Assembly (NCBI GenBank): GCA_905178155.1
Contig: CAJINV010000006.1
Location: forward strand, 153,965 to 201,450
DNA from: Amoebophrya sp. A120
Lineage: Eukaryota; Protista; Dinoflagellata
Direction: 5' to 3'
DNA: 47,486 nt
Of this stretch, positions 35,211 through 46,170 are shown in pieces. The notes beneath the pieces are model-generated. The model saw only the letters and a program-made list of their open reading frames with translations, was not told the DNA's origin and searched no databases. Position numbers and translations under genes: made by a program. Numbering within the stretch: position 1 is the stretch's first letter; each line of letters opens with the position of its first letter.

Positions 35211-36383
35211 CTATTTTTCCGCTCTCCATAAATGCTCGGGACTCTCCCACCAATAAAATTCTGACCAGCTTTCGCTATTCTACTTTTCACCCATCTCTCG
35301 CTGTAGCAAGTTTAGACCGAATTATTTTCCCTCGCGGTAGATTCATTGTACTAGCGACTCCAAGAACAACATTGATTGCTGCAAAGCTAGAAACTTCCCT
35401 GATAGTCCTCTGGAAAATAATTGGCACATAAGCAACAAAAGAAGCAAAACTACACAGCTCTGGACTTTTCATCGGCCCACCTTCAGCGCAGGTGTTTACC
35501 CAGAGAAAACAAAGCCCACACAGTCACGAACACGTTTGCAGGCAATTCAGCTCGCCGTCCGTGAGGACGGCCGACAAGGCCGTGGAACACAAATTGTCGT
35601 GGCGTAATTTCTGTTTTCCTTTCAACACTTCGATGTTGAGGACGAAATGATAGAAGTTTATTCATCCATCGCAGCAAGGGGAATTATTCGGTAACACAGC
35701 AGGAAGCATCATCACCGAAAGAGATGAGCGAATGTTATAGTATATCTCGCATCATAATAGCGCACCACTCTGTAATAGGTGGATATTTCAATTTCATCCA
35801 TATCCAAGTGAGTAATGAAAGACCAGTAAGTATCTAGTTCCTGACTACACCACTTCAGCTCACCGCCGCTTTTTTCTGCCGTTTCGTCCCCTGATTCGCT
35901 GCCTTCTTGTTTTTATCCACTGCAAAAGTATCGTACTCGTAGTAATTGCATTTATGCATCACAAATCTAGTAATCAAGGGAAATCCGCATTACAAATTAC
36001 ATTTGTATTGCTGAGCCAATTTGTATTTGTAATGCACTTTATACTAGTACGATAGGATACTTTTGCACAGCATAGTTTTCCCTTTTTCCCGCCCCGACGT
36101 TACTCACGTCTTCTGCAGCGTATCCTGAGTAAAAGCGTCCCCATATTACCAGAGTCAAGATGGAAAATCTGCTAGACAGATCAGCCAACTCTGGTTGTTT
36201 CGCATGACAAGTTTGTCCTGGTAGTGTAATCCTGTTTGGCTACTTTAGCAGCATCACAGATCTAGAATATCATGCTATTTCTAGCATCACAAATCCCTCC
36301 AAAACACGACTAGAAAAAGCTCCTCATGTGGCTTCGCATGAGGCACTTTTTTGGCATGCAGATTTGCATGACAACTCTGGGGC

Positions 36384-36849
36384 TGTACGAAAGTACTACT
36401 TGGACACGGACCGAACTAACGCACACGAAAATAAACTTGTATAACCAAAACAATGCATGAACGAGTTGTAGAACATCGATGGGCATAGGGGTGCAAAATA
36501 AAATGGTTGTAGATTCAGATTGTATGTTCTCCTTAGCAACTTCCGCGTATTCTCTGTAGGAATTTGCTCAACCTTGAGCCAAAATGGCTACGTTGAAAAG
36601 GTTCCTTCATGCAATACAAACTTCAACAACCTCAAATCTGTCATGCTGTTTTGACATTCGGCACGGAACTGCCGTATCGTAGTTCTCATGCGACTTGTAG
36701 ATCATGCGCATTACAGATTTGCATCAATTTGACGAGTGGGCTGGTCTTTGAACGTCAGTGCATTTTAGGAACCTAGTGTAAAAGCTTAGCGGAGAACGAG
36801 TTCATTTGTGGTCTTAGTTCGATCTGATTCCGAAGTCCTTATGCATACA
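36384..36849 (-). repeat. 3' LTR
   Basis: Direct repeat of 47021-47486 with 4 substitutions counted by eye. Confidence 0.96.
36573..36594 (-). other. DinoSL motif in 3' LTR
   Basis: AACGTAGCCATTTTGGCTCAAG: 21/22 match to DinoSL, followed by GT. Confidence 0.88.
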
Positions 36850-36858
36850 CGCCCCTAG
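36850..36858 (-). promoter_or_regulatory. Short polypurine-tract-like sequence
   Basis: CTAGGGGCG abuts the 3' LTR on the minus strand; a second CTAGGGGCGTG at ~36973-36983. Confidence 0.5.
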
Positions 36859-38337
36859 TCGCGACGATGTAATGCTGTTAGCCATCGGAACGACTAATCT
36901 TGAGGTCATCAGATTGAACCACAAACGAACGAAATATAGAAAAATATGGTAAGGATATCCGTGTCCATGTCCCACGCCCCTAGGCACGCCGATGCGGTTT
37001 CCATCTCGTCCGATCGGTGTGGCTACGACAGCGACGCGGAGGTTGGAAAACCTTAAGCAACGTGATGAAGTTAGAAATAAAATCATACAGGTAAAGGAAT
37101 GTAATTATCCACGTGGTTAAACTTGTTCTGGTGCCATGACATGCAATTTATGCATGACAAAAAGCACAAAATACCAGTAAACTGTCCTCTTTTTCCTTCG
37201 TACGGAAATGGAACCGAAGAGCAACTTCTGGTGTGGTGATGACCAAACTCCAGCTTGTCGCACGTTCGAAGATACCGCATCCAAAACGTAGCGCAACCGT
37301 AAGCCCAGAGCTTGCCATCCATCGACAAGTAAAAAAAATATAGTGAATTTGAAAAAATGCATGACAAACTTGTGTTTGCGATTTAAGTAAATAAAAGCGA
37401 CTTCGTTGCAAATTCCTGGAGCAGTTTGCGAAACAACACGGAAATTTATCCCGTCCCTGTCTCCTCTCCTGTGGTGTCTTGCAACTTAGTCCATACGAAG
37501 TCTGAAGAAAGGAAATCTAATTTCTTTGTATTGTTATCTCCCCCATGCCAGTGCGTTTTCTGCCTTTGAGATACTAGAAAGCTTTTCATACGTCTCGCCT
37601 TGTCCCCCTCTGTATCTGGAGAAAGACGTCAATTTCTGTACCTCAAACAACATAAAAATCAAGAAAGTTCGTTAATTCAACCTTTCCGCCTTGTCCGCCT
37701 GTAAAACCGTCGAAGTTTTTCAAAAGATGTCGTGAAAGAGAAACAAAGTCAATTCCTAGCGCGGACCGTTTACGCCTAGAATCCATCGATTCTGTTCTGC
37801 AAAGTTGTGTGAAAAGGTGGAAAAACAAGAGAAAAACAACAAAAACTACCATGATCGTGAAGAGAGATCAACAGTTTTGAGGTGTAAACTGGAAGATGCG
37901 GCGCGTGGTAAAATATGAAAGAAGGTGCCGCAGACCAATTTGTGATGCTAAAATGGCTACGGAAATAAAGTAGAAGCGCGTCGACTTACATCATCGCGAT
38001 CGTCGCACACCGTCCTAAGTGCAACAGCACAAAGGAAAGCAAGAAACAAAAAAAAACGCACAGTTGTAATTTTTGAGTTTAATCCGCTGTTGTCGTCAAC
38101 ATCATGTCACGAAGAGCTTCGTGACGTGCTTCTGACGACATTGGCGGGCGAACAAGCAAAAAAATAATACTTCTGGGGGTAAGAGATAGGCTTTAGGTGC
38201 TATTTGAGATGTTTTGATACTAATTAATCGGCCGTCTGTCATGCAGAGAAGTGAACTTTTGATGTATTTGACCCGAAAGTCTTTGCATATGGAGTAAAAC
38301 AGCATGACAGACCAGCTTTTAGACATGAAGTAGCTTA

Positions 38338-41300
38338 CTATCCTAAATTTTCTTTCAAGCCCGCCTCAAACAAATTCTTTCTTTCCACGACTACCGTCGG
38401 AACGACCTGTGCACGCGTTCCACTGAATAAAATGTCAATCATTCTACTGACCCGCGAAACGTTGAAGAGGGGAACTTGGTTCACGCAGCGGCTGAAATGG
38501 TCCGCGAAAACATTGAATTTGCCCGCAACGTGCACCAAGGTGATACAGTGCAAATCCTTCTTCACCTTCAAACACCACCTGTGCAGCCGTCCCATCGAGG
38601 TTTGCGCGATCCGGTCCATGTGGTCACTCAAATTCACGTGGTCCGTGAAGACCACCATCGGCAACCCCTTGAAGTGTTTGTAGACCTCGGATAAAAATTT
38701 GAAAAGCACAAACGCCTCCCGGCTTTGGGTCTCCCATCGGCGCTGGGTGTTGTCAAAGACGAAGTTTTTGCTATAAAAAATTCTCAAGCGGCAGCCGATA
38801 GCCTCCGAAAATGTTCCGACAATCGCCGCCCCGTACTCACTTGCATCCAACCAGAAACAGATCGGATTGTCGGCGGAGATCGCTTCATAGTTGATGTTTT
38901 CGATGTACACCTCGGCCGCGATCAAATTTTGCAAATCCTTGACCGCCTGCTGTGCTTGGGGATCCGTTAGAAAAGGCTTGAAAATTGCTCCTTTTTTCAA
39001 GTACTTCCGGAAGTGGTGGTAGTGTTTTCCAAACGTGGGGAGCCACTCCCTCAAAAACCCAAGCATGTGGGCAAAAGTCACCAACTCCGACCGCGTGTTG
39101 ATTTCCTTTTGCGCAATTTGTGCTGCTCGATCCGGGTGAATACGCTTTCCACGCCTCGACCAGAGGTGCCCGAGGTACTGCCCCTCCCGTCGTAATCCGC
39201 TGCTTTTCCGTAGTGAAAACCGAAACCCGCTGTGGATGTTTGCAAGAAAATTTCTGCGCAGCCTGTCCTCGATCTGGGAGCACTGTTTGTTGTCTTTGTC
39301 CTGTGAAGCTGAAATAAAACCGGCGTCATGCATGCAGGGGTCTTTTGCATCTTCTTCTGCTTTTGCATCTGCATCGAAAAGCGCCCCAGATCGAGAAGTG
39401 CCAGAAGTAACCCCTTCAACCGTGTGGGACGGTAGGTGCTCCGCTCTTTGCCTCGCCCGCTCCAGTTTCGCCTTGTTTCTTGCAGACACTGCTTGGACGC
39501 GTTTGCGCCTGTGGATACCCGGCGGGCGGATGCCCGGCAACTTCTTCTTTTGCTTGTCGTCCTGCACTTGTTCCTGCTCCTGCGGCGCCTGGTTCTCGTC
39601 TTCCCCTTGCTGAACGTCCGTTTCTTCTTTTTCTACCGCGTCATCATTTTTCACCGCCTGTTCCTGTTGTTCCTCCGCTGCTGCGGAGACCGAAGAATCT
39701 GCAACCTGCGCTGCGGGCGGTGCAGTTTCAACTTCCTGGGCGTTGTCAACCACTACCCCGCCGGATTCTTGTTCATTTTCCAGCCCAAAGAACTCAAGAT
39801 CTTTGTCCAGCAGATCCTGTTCTTGCTGGTTCTGGAAGTCCGGGTTGGTGTTGAAAACGGGGTGGTAGCGGGTGGGAGGAGTGGCCCAGCCTTTGTCCTT
39901 GACTAGCCACTCACCTGTAAACATATCCAGGGCGGTGACCTCGATGAACTCCTTTTTTTCAATATCATAGAAGAAACGATGAGCGGGAACGATCTGGCCT
40001 GCAATCCCGGTTGCAACAAGGCGGTCGCCATGGATGTCTTTCTTTTTTCCGTCCGGTCCTTGAACGATGTAGCCCGTCGCCCCAAGATGCGAAACCACTG
40101 TGAACGCGGCCTCACTGTTCCGCCCTGTAAGCTTCTTTTTGCTTTTCTTTTCCCCGGGGTCAGTGATAAAAACACGGGAACCGATCGGAAACTTGTCCAA
40201 CTTCGCGCCACTGCGTCGTAGGGTTTGCCTTTTTGCGGTTTCCGAGGATTCCAATCTTGAATCCAAAGTCAGTAGCGCGCCGTCGCGTAGGACTTGAAGC
40301 TGCTTTTCCACAACTTCATTTGGCGACGCTTCAACAAGTTCCTTCTGACTCAACAGAGTCAGCGCCAGGGGCATCTTGGGCTTGAAGTGGTTCCTTTTCT
40401 CGAACGGGCTGACATATCCGAGGCATTTCAGGGGGGTAATTCGGGCGATGAACTGCAGCTGCGGGGCCAAAGTTGACCACTTGCTTTTCAAACTCGGGTC
40501 TTTCATCACCATAGCAATGAGGCTGTCGATCATCGGCTTGTTGGGGGACTCGACGGCGGTGTTAGTTTTCGGTCTGTACGCTTTGCTTTCCCTCTGCGGA
40601 ATGTCCAGCAACCCCATCAACTCCGATAGTTCTCCCTCCGAAAATGCTCCGTCCGAGCGGAGGACTTCGGTGTTGTAGCTGGTGTCCGGAAAAACGATGG
40701 AATTCAGGTGGTGCGCCACCTCCCGTAGTCCCGTGCTCTTGCAGGGGATCAACCACATCCAGCGCGACACCATGCAAACCACCGAAAGCAAGTAGCAGTA
40801 TCCAAACTCATCTTCTGCCAGCGGCCCGATGTGGTCCAAAATCAAGGCGACAAACAAACCAGAATAAACTTCCGGGCCGTCGAAGAACGGGTAAAGGTTT
40901 CCCCGCCCCCGAATACACTTGCAGGTGAGGCATTTTCGCACGAGGTCCAAAACGTTCTTTCGGATTCCGGGCCAGGTGATCATCAAAACGCCGTCGATAA
41001 TCCGGAACGTTGCTTCGCCGTTGACATGTGCAAACTGTCCAAGCACCATCCACACGACCGCCGTCCGCCAGTCCATAGTGTATTCTTCCACGAAGGCAAA
41101 GTTCTTGACAATCGTGCCGCCCGCGGGGATAGCAAGTTTACCTTTGTCGAACAAAAATCCGCCCCGGAGCTTCATACTGATAGCCCGAGACTCTACGACC
41201 CGCGCCTCCTTCGTGCCGAGTTGCCCCACAACGTCCATTCCTTCTAAAAACCTCACTACTGGTCCGTAGTGCTTGTCCGCTCGGGTTGCTGCGATAAACT

Positions 41301-44300
41301 CGGCACTGGAAACTCCCAGCATCGGAATAAACGCGCCGTAGACGTCGTCTTGTTCTTCCGTTGGTTGTGTCTTGAAAAATTTTACAACTTTTGTTGGCCG
41401 ATTGGACACAAGCAACGAGTCGCCCACCTCCTGCAGCTGTGAAGCGAAGATCTTTTTGTAACCTTTTCCGACCCTGGAGCTGCTGCTTCCGGCTTGGTTC
41501 CGACGCACGAAACGGACATCGACCTCGTCAAACTTAACTTGAACCTTTGCCGCAGAATCGTACACCTGCACCTGGTCGACCGGAAGCATGTCCGGCCAAA
41601 TCTGTTCGCAGGTCTGGGTGATGGTTTCCTTGCTGGAATCGTCCTGGAGGTCGGAAATAGCATCTACAGCTTCTTCTGACACTGGAAGCCAGTCTCCCGC
41701 GCTGTAGTCTGCATTCCCGCACAAAATGTCCTCTACTAGCTGCGCCGGGTCCTTTGGTCCTTCTGGGTCCAGTATCTTCTTTCCGTGCCCCCGACACGTG
41801 TAGCGACGGGTCACCGCTTCCCCGTGCCGCATAGTCGTAATTTGTTCACAGTTGTCACAAACTTCGGCCGGGTCGTTGGCGAAGAAGTGGGTCCCGGGAA
41901 CAATCCCAAAAACTGCGGTCTTGCGGATGGAGAAGTTTTTGTCTGGCACTCGGCAGAGGTAGAACCGGTGGGAGTCCGGATCCCCATGGAAAAATCCCTC
42001 GTGATCGTCCGGAACGGAAGGTGGTAGAACAGGAGCATCGGCCCGGTTTCCCATTGTTCCGAAAAAATTTTTCGTAAAGAACGCCCAAGCCGCACGGAAC
42101 GCCTCCTCCCTTGTCTTGTAGCAACGCGGAGAAACCCGGAAAAGCTTCGTTTTGTCCCGGGGCTTCTTTTCCTTCGCGGTTGTGTTTCGAAGGTAGACGA
42201 CCCAGATTTTTCCTGCCGAAGAATCACACCAATAGATTCTTTCCGGCCTCCAGTTGTCTTCCTCCTCGCCCGGCGCCAGAATTTCATCGGCCTGAACTGC
42301 AGCCCCAGCTGCTATCTCCCCTGCGTCCTGGATCTCCTCCAACAACGCCTCTTGTTGCTGAGGGTCAGCCTGTTCTACCGGATCTTTCGCCTTTTTTTTT
42401 TTTTCCTTCTTGGCTTCGCGAACGAAAGGTCTGCCGATTCTGCGAACTGCAAGCTGTAGCGCTTGGGGACTGGCCGTGGAAGAGGAATTTGCGTGGCTGT
42501 CGTCAGAATCTGACCCAGATTCCGACCCGCTTGTATCCGTTTCGAACTCTTCGTCTTCCGTGCCCGCTGGTGGCTGTGTGGTTTTGACCTTCACGACCTC
42601 AAACCCGCCCAAGTTGCACTTGGAATTTTCTCCCGCGACCTGTGCGCGGCTCTCCTGTTCTTCGTCCGAGTAACCATCGCCCCCGCACGCAACATCATCG
42701 AGGTAGACCGCGTTGAATTCTTTGCCGTCTCGATCCTTCAGCGCGCCGTAGGTTTTGGAGGTGACGGTCTGGAAACAGGCTGGAGCAGGTTTGGGTCCGA
42801 GCGTAAGGACGGTCGGTTTCAACAGTCCGCGATGGGTCGACATCGAAAGCAGCCTGCTAGTGGACTCCGAGAGCCGAAGCTCGTTGTACCCAATTTCCAA
42901 GTCCTCAAAATCGTAGTAGTCCTTCAGCTCCATGAGCTGCCAAACCTCCTGGGGGTTCAACGGTTTCGCGCCGAAATTCTCGAAGATGTCATTGAGTTCG
43001 ACGTAGTCATTGAGAATTCTTCCTTCGTGTCTGTTGCCGGATCGCGATCCGACAAACACTGGCGAAGCCGCAGGCGGTGTCGCATCCCCGGCACTGTCCA
43101 CCCAGCGCGCCGTCTTCTGGAAAACCATTTTGTCGTAGTGGAAGTCGGCCTGCAGCTTTGCATATTCCCCGACCGGGTACGGCGGGATAATGCGCAGCCG
43201 ATTCTCACAACCCGGGATGACGAACATTTGTGCAAAATAGCCCTTGACAAACGGCGCCCGGTTTCCTTCTACGAAGTACGCGGCCGCCAGCTGCTGAACC
43301 AGTTTCAAATAACCCTCCCGCAACCGTGGCGGGGCCTCGCACAATTTCGCCAAGTGGTTCACCACTGTGGTCTGGTGCTCTTTTCCTAATGGGTTAATAG
43401 GAATTTCTGCCATGTACTTTGCCCGGAGCTTGTTCAGGTAGTCCTTCAGCTCGCTCACCGAAATCTGTGTATTTTTTCCAATCGGTTGGACCTTCGGCAG
43501 CTGCGGGTTAATTCGCGTCGGGGAATCGTCAGCGAAGGTTACTTTCTTTTCCTTCTTCCGTAGTGGTGGTTCTTTCGGCTTCAAATCTCCTGGCCAAACC
43601 GGAACAGGGTCCGAGCCTACTGCGGTAGCGACAACTGGGATGGGCGCAAATTTCTTATTTTTGTCCCCCTGCGTCCGCAGCACTGTCAGCTTGGCGAACG
43701 GGAGGTCTTCAAGTTCTAAAACTTCTTCCGAATTGTTCAGAACATGCACCGCGGCCTTGTTGGCGTTTTCCGTAACAACAGGAGGAAAAGCTCCGCCCTT
43801 TTCCGCCAGTTCGTCCGACGGCTGCAACAGAAATTTCGCCCCTGCCCCGAAGTCAACTCCAGCCGGAACGCTAGCGCGGTCAATGTTCACGATCATCGAC
43901 CCAAACGGCGGAAGCGTAAGTTCAAAAGCGTCAACCCCGACGACAGGCGTCAACTTTGCTACCCGCTTCAGCGCCACCGGTGTGGACGCTTTTCCCCGTG
44001 GCACTCGGATGACCTTCTTCGAACCGCCGGGGGGCTTGACCTCGATAAAGTCCTTGTTGATGACCCCGAGGGCCTCAAGGTCTTGTTCCGACAGCATCAA
44101 CTGGTCCTCCGCTCCACCAACTGCGAACCGGACCCAGGAGTTGTAGGCTTTTGTCGTTTCCTTGTACTCCTCCGGCTGCTCAAGAAAACCCAGACGCAAG
44201 TAGCAATACTGCTTGACCCCGAACTCCGTACCACAGGCCGAGATTGCTTTTTCTTCCGCGACCAGGTCCTTGCGTTTTCGGAAACAGGTTTCGGGCAGGT

Positions 44301-46047
44301 CCAAAGCCTCCAGCGCCTCGTAGGTTTTTTCGCCCATCAAAGATACAAACTCGTCACCCGTATCTGCGAGAGCCCAAAACGTAATTGGTTTCTCGTTTTT
44401 GCTGGCGCCGTAAACAACCGTCTTCATGTAGTAGCCGGTCGGGTCTTTGTTGGGGTTGATAAAAGCCGAAGCGGAAGGGGAGGACACCTTGACAGCATTT
44501 AGGCGACGAATCGAACCGGTGCGAGGAGTCGTGGACGGAGAACCAACTTCGTTTTCATCTTCTTCTTCCTCGAAATCGTCCTCCTCTTCTTCGTCCTCCT
44601 CGGTTTTCGTCGTTGCTGAACGAACCATCTTTGCCTTCCCGCCTTTCTTTCCTTTGCCTTTTTGCTTCTTGAACTGCGAATACGGGAGGTAGTCGCACTG
44701 CTGTCCTTCGCGCAAATCTCCCTCCTGGAAGTCCGTCGGGCACTGCTTCGCATACTTTGGGTCGGTGGGCTTGCGATGTTTTCCTTTGCACGTGCTGCAG
44801 TAGACGCCGTTCTTGGTCAGCGCGACCATGTTCTCCTGCATGTGCTTCGCAAATTTCCGATGCGCCTCACGGTCGTGGTTCACTCCACCGCACTTGTCGT
44901 GGTCGGTAACGTCCGGGCCCTCGATCGGCGTGCCGCCACCAGCTGCAGCTCGCTGCGACTTGTCCTCCAGCGTTTCTTTGGTGGTGACGTTGTTCACGGT
45001 CCTGGCGGGTGGGGTGGTTTTCTTTTGTTCTGTGTCGGCCTTCTTCTGTCTCCGGTGGCGCTCGCACTCGTCTGTTGCGATGTCCTCCAGTTCGACCAGA
45101 ACCTTTCGTGGACTTTGGTCGGACAAAGAAATTTTGTGGGTGCGGAAGTAACTGTCGATGTCCTTCGCCACCCAGTCCGGGAGGCCCTTGTTGTATTTCA
45201 ACTCCGCGAGGAAGTCCCGCCGGTCCTGCGAGCCCTCCACCTCGTCCTCCAGTTCCCAGGTCGTATTTGCAATTTTCTCACGCTCTGCTTGCCAGGAGGC
45301 GAACGCAGACTCAACGGCCGCCGTGAACGCCCGCAAACTGCGAGCGAGGTCCCCGCCCTTCATCTCGAACTTGATCGCGTCCAGTTTTTGCTTTGCAATG
45401 TCCACCGAAACCAAAACGCTGAAGCCGTAGTGTCGGGACAGGATGTTCTTGAAGTCATCCAGCGCCGCGGCGTACATCTCTTTGTCGAGTTCTTCGAGCG
45501 AGTACCGGGATAACTGCATTTCCAGGGCTGCAAAAACGTTTCTTGCCGTTTCGTCTTTGCACTTCTGTTTGCTGGTTGCCGTCTGCAAGTCCGACCAGGC
45601 GACTGCGGGCTTGGAATATTTGGAACGCCAGGTTTGGAGATCCGTGAGGGTTTGCTTCCGGTCCTCCGCCGTATCCGATCGGAAGGTTGGAAGCGTGATA
45701 GCACTTTTTGCATAATTATCGCCGCCCCCTTCTGCGCCTCGGCGTAGCTGCTGAAACAGGAAATCCCGCAAGTCCCGCTCCATATCTTCCCCGGCGGCCC
45801 CTTCACGCGGCCGCGGTCCGCTTGCAGTGTACCGAACAGAACCCGCGGCAAGCGTAATATCAAAATCTGCCCGCTTCGCCCCGGGGAAGACTTTGCGCAA
45901 GATGTCCAAGACCTTGCGACGCGCTAAAACCTTCTCCACCTCGGTCATCTTTTTCAAATCTTTCTTACGGTCCACCACAACGACCTCACAGGCACCCCTT
46001 TCGACCTTGAGCCTTTCCAACGTTCCGACGCCTTGCAGTTTCTCCAT
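38338..46047 (-). CDS. pol: Gag-Pol polyprotein: gag C-part / Cys-His knuckle - protease - dUTPase-like - RT(N) - AP2-like - integrase - RT(C) - RNase H
   Basis: CSTCKGKH..C; ALADTG (44356-44364); SPVFV, RILNDYVELN, LTLGPKPAPACFQ, YLDD (42694-42705); integrase H..WP..CLTC, LDHIGP, RSDG, AVE (40549-41030); YLGH (~39170); LDAS, REA, TDH, ADHFSR (38490-38850). Confidence 0.93.
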   Translation of the reverse strand: MEKLQGVGTLERLKVERGACEVVVVDRKKDLKKMTEVEKVLARRKVLDILRKVFPGAKRADFDITLAAGSVRYTASGPRPREGAAGEDMERDLRDFLFQQLRRGAEGGGDNYAKSAITLPTFRSDTAEDRKQTLTDLQTWRSKYSKPAVAWSDLQTATSKQKCKDETARNVFAALEMQLSRYSLEELDKEMYAAALDDFKNILSRHYGFSVLVSVDIAKQKLDAIKFEMKGGDLARSLRAFTAAVESAFASWQAEREKIANTTWELEDEVEGSQDRRDFLAELKYNKGLPDWVAKDIDSYFRTHKISLSDQSPRKVLVELEDIATDECERHRRQKKADTEQKKTTPPARTVNNVTTKETLEDKSQRAAAGGGTPIEGPDVTDHDKCGGVNHDREAHRKFAKHMQENMVALTKNGVYCSTCKGKHRKPTDPKYAKQCPTDFQEGDLREGQQCDYLPYSQFKKQKGKGKKGGKAKMVRSATTKTEEDEEEEDDFEEEEDENEVGSPSTTPRTGSIRRLNAVKVSSPSASAFINPNKDPTGYYMKTVVYGASKNEKPITFWALADTGDEFVSLMGEKTYEALEALDLPETCFRKRKDLVAEEKAISACGTEFGVKQYCYLRLGFLEQPEEYKETTKAYNSWVRFAVGGAEDQLMLSEQDLEALGVINKDFIEVKPPGGSKKVIRVPRGKASTPVALKRVAKLTPVVGVDAFELTLPPFGSMIVNIDRASVPAGVDFGAGAKFLLQPSDELAEKGGAFPPVVTENANKAAVHVLNNSEEVLELEDLPFAKLTVLRTQGDKNKKFAPIPVVATAVGSDPVPVWPGDLKPKEPPLRKKEKKVTFADDSPTRINPQLPKVQPIGKNTQISVSELKDYLNKLRAKYMAEIPINPLGKEHQTTVVNHLAKLCEAPPRLREGYLKLVQQLAAAYFVEGNRAPFVKGYFAQMFVIPGCENRLRIIPPYPVGEYAKLQADFHYDKMVFQKTARWVDSAGDATPPAASPVFVGSRSGNRHEGRILNDYVELNDIFENFGAKPLNPQEVWQLMELKDYYDFEDLEIGYNELRLSESTSRLLSMSTHRGLLKPTVLTLGPKPAPACFQTVTSKTYGALKDRDGKEFNAVYLDDVACGGDGYSDEEQESRAQVAGENSKCNLGGFEVVKVKTTQPPAGTEDEEFETDTSGSESGSDSDDSHANSSSTASPQALQLAVRRIGRPFVREAKKEKKKKAKDPVEQADPQQQEALLEEIQDAGEIAAGAAVQADEILAPGEEEDNWRPERIYWCDSSAGKIWVVYLRNTTAKEKKPRDKTKLFRVSPRCYKTREEAFRAAWAFFTKNFFGTMGNRADAPVLPPSVPDDHEGFFHGDPDSHRFYLCRVPDKNFSIRKTAVFGIVPGTHFFANDPAEVCDNCEQITTMRHGEAVTRRYTCRGHGKKILDPEGPKDPAQLVEDILCGNADYSAGDWLPVSEEAVDAISDLQDDSSKETITQTCEQIWPDMLPVDQVQVYDSAAKVQVKFDEVDVRFVRRNQAGSSSSRVGKGYKKIFASQLQEVGDSLLVSNRPTKVVKFFKTQPTEEQDDVYGAFIPMLGVSSAEFIAATRADKHYGPVVRFLEGMDVVGQLGTKEARVVESRAISMKLRGGFLFDKGKLAIPAGGTIVKNFAFVEEYTMDWRTAVVWMVLGQFAHVNGEATFRIIDGVLMITWPGIRKNVLDLVRKCLTCKCIRGRGNLYPFFDGPEVYSGLFVALILDHIGPLAEDEFGYCYLLSVVCMVSRWMWLIPCKSTGLREVAHHLNSIVFPDTSYNTEVLRSDGAFSEGELSELMGLLDIPQRESKAYRPKTNTAVESPNKPMIDSLIAMVMKDPSLKSKWSTLAPQLQFIARITPLKCLGYVSPFEKRNHFKPKMPLALTLLSQKELVEASPNEVVEKQLQVLRDGALLTLDSRLESSETAKRQTLRRSGAKLDKFPIGSRVFITDPGEKKSKKKLTGRNSEAAFTVVSHLGATGYIVQGPDGKKKDIHGDRLVATGIAGQIVPAHRFFYDIEKKEFIEVTALDMFTGEWLVKDKGWATPPTRYHPVFNTNPDFQNQQEQDLLDKDLEFFGLENEQESGGVVVDNAQEVETAPPAAQVADSSVSAAAEEQQEQAVKNDDAVEKEETDVQQGEDENQAPQEQEQVQDDKQKKKLPGIRPPGIHRRKRVQAVSARNKAKLERARQRAEHLPSHTVEGVTSGTSRSGALFDADAKAEEDAKDPCMHDAGFISASQDKDNKQCSQIEDRLRRNFLANIHSGFRFSLRKSSGLRREGQYLGHLWSRRGKRIHPDRAAQIAQKEINTRSELVTFAHMLGFLREWLPTFGKHYHHFRKYLKKGAIFKPFLTDPQAQQAVKDLQNLIAAEVYIENINYEAISADNPICFWLDASEYGAAIVGTFSEAIGCRLRIFYSKNFVFDNTQRRWETQSREAFVLFKFLSEVYKHFKGLPMVVFTDHVNLSDHMDRIAQTSMGRLHRWCLKVKKDLHCITLVHVAGKFNVFADHFSRCVNQVPLFNVSRVSRMIDILFSGTRAQVVPTVVVERKNLFEAGLKENLG

Positions 46048-46170
46048 CAGCTCCTCGTATTTTTCGAGGTCCGGGTCCGGCTGGAGGAAATCCTGCTCAC
46101 TATTTTCGTCTTGTTGGGAAGTATCTCTTCGTTGTCGGGTTGCGGCCTGTCTACTTGTAGTGTGAACTTG

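Noticed and set aside
35921-36067. Small AT-rich hairpin (TGCAAAAGTATC...GATACTTTTGCA) as a MITE
   Set aside because: A 12-bp inverted repeat is present, but there is no TSD or second copy in the window
39280-42680. Integrase region as a separate nested TE insertion into RT
   Set aside because: No internal LTRs, TIRs, TSD or frame break, and the host element has no other integrase
38432-46165. Plus-strand ORFs antisense to gag-pol
   Set aside because: Shadow ORFs of a long coding region with no motifs of their own
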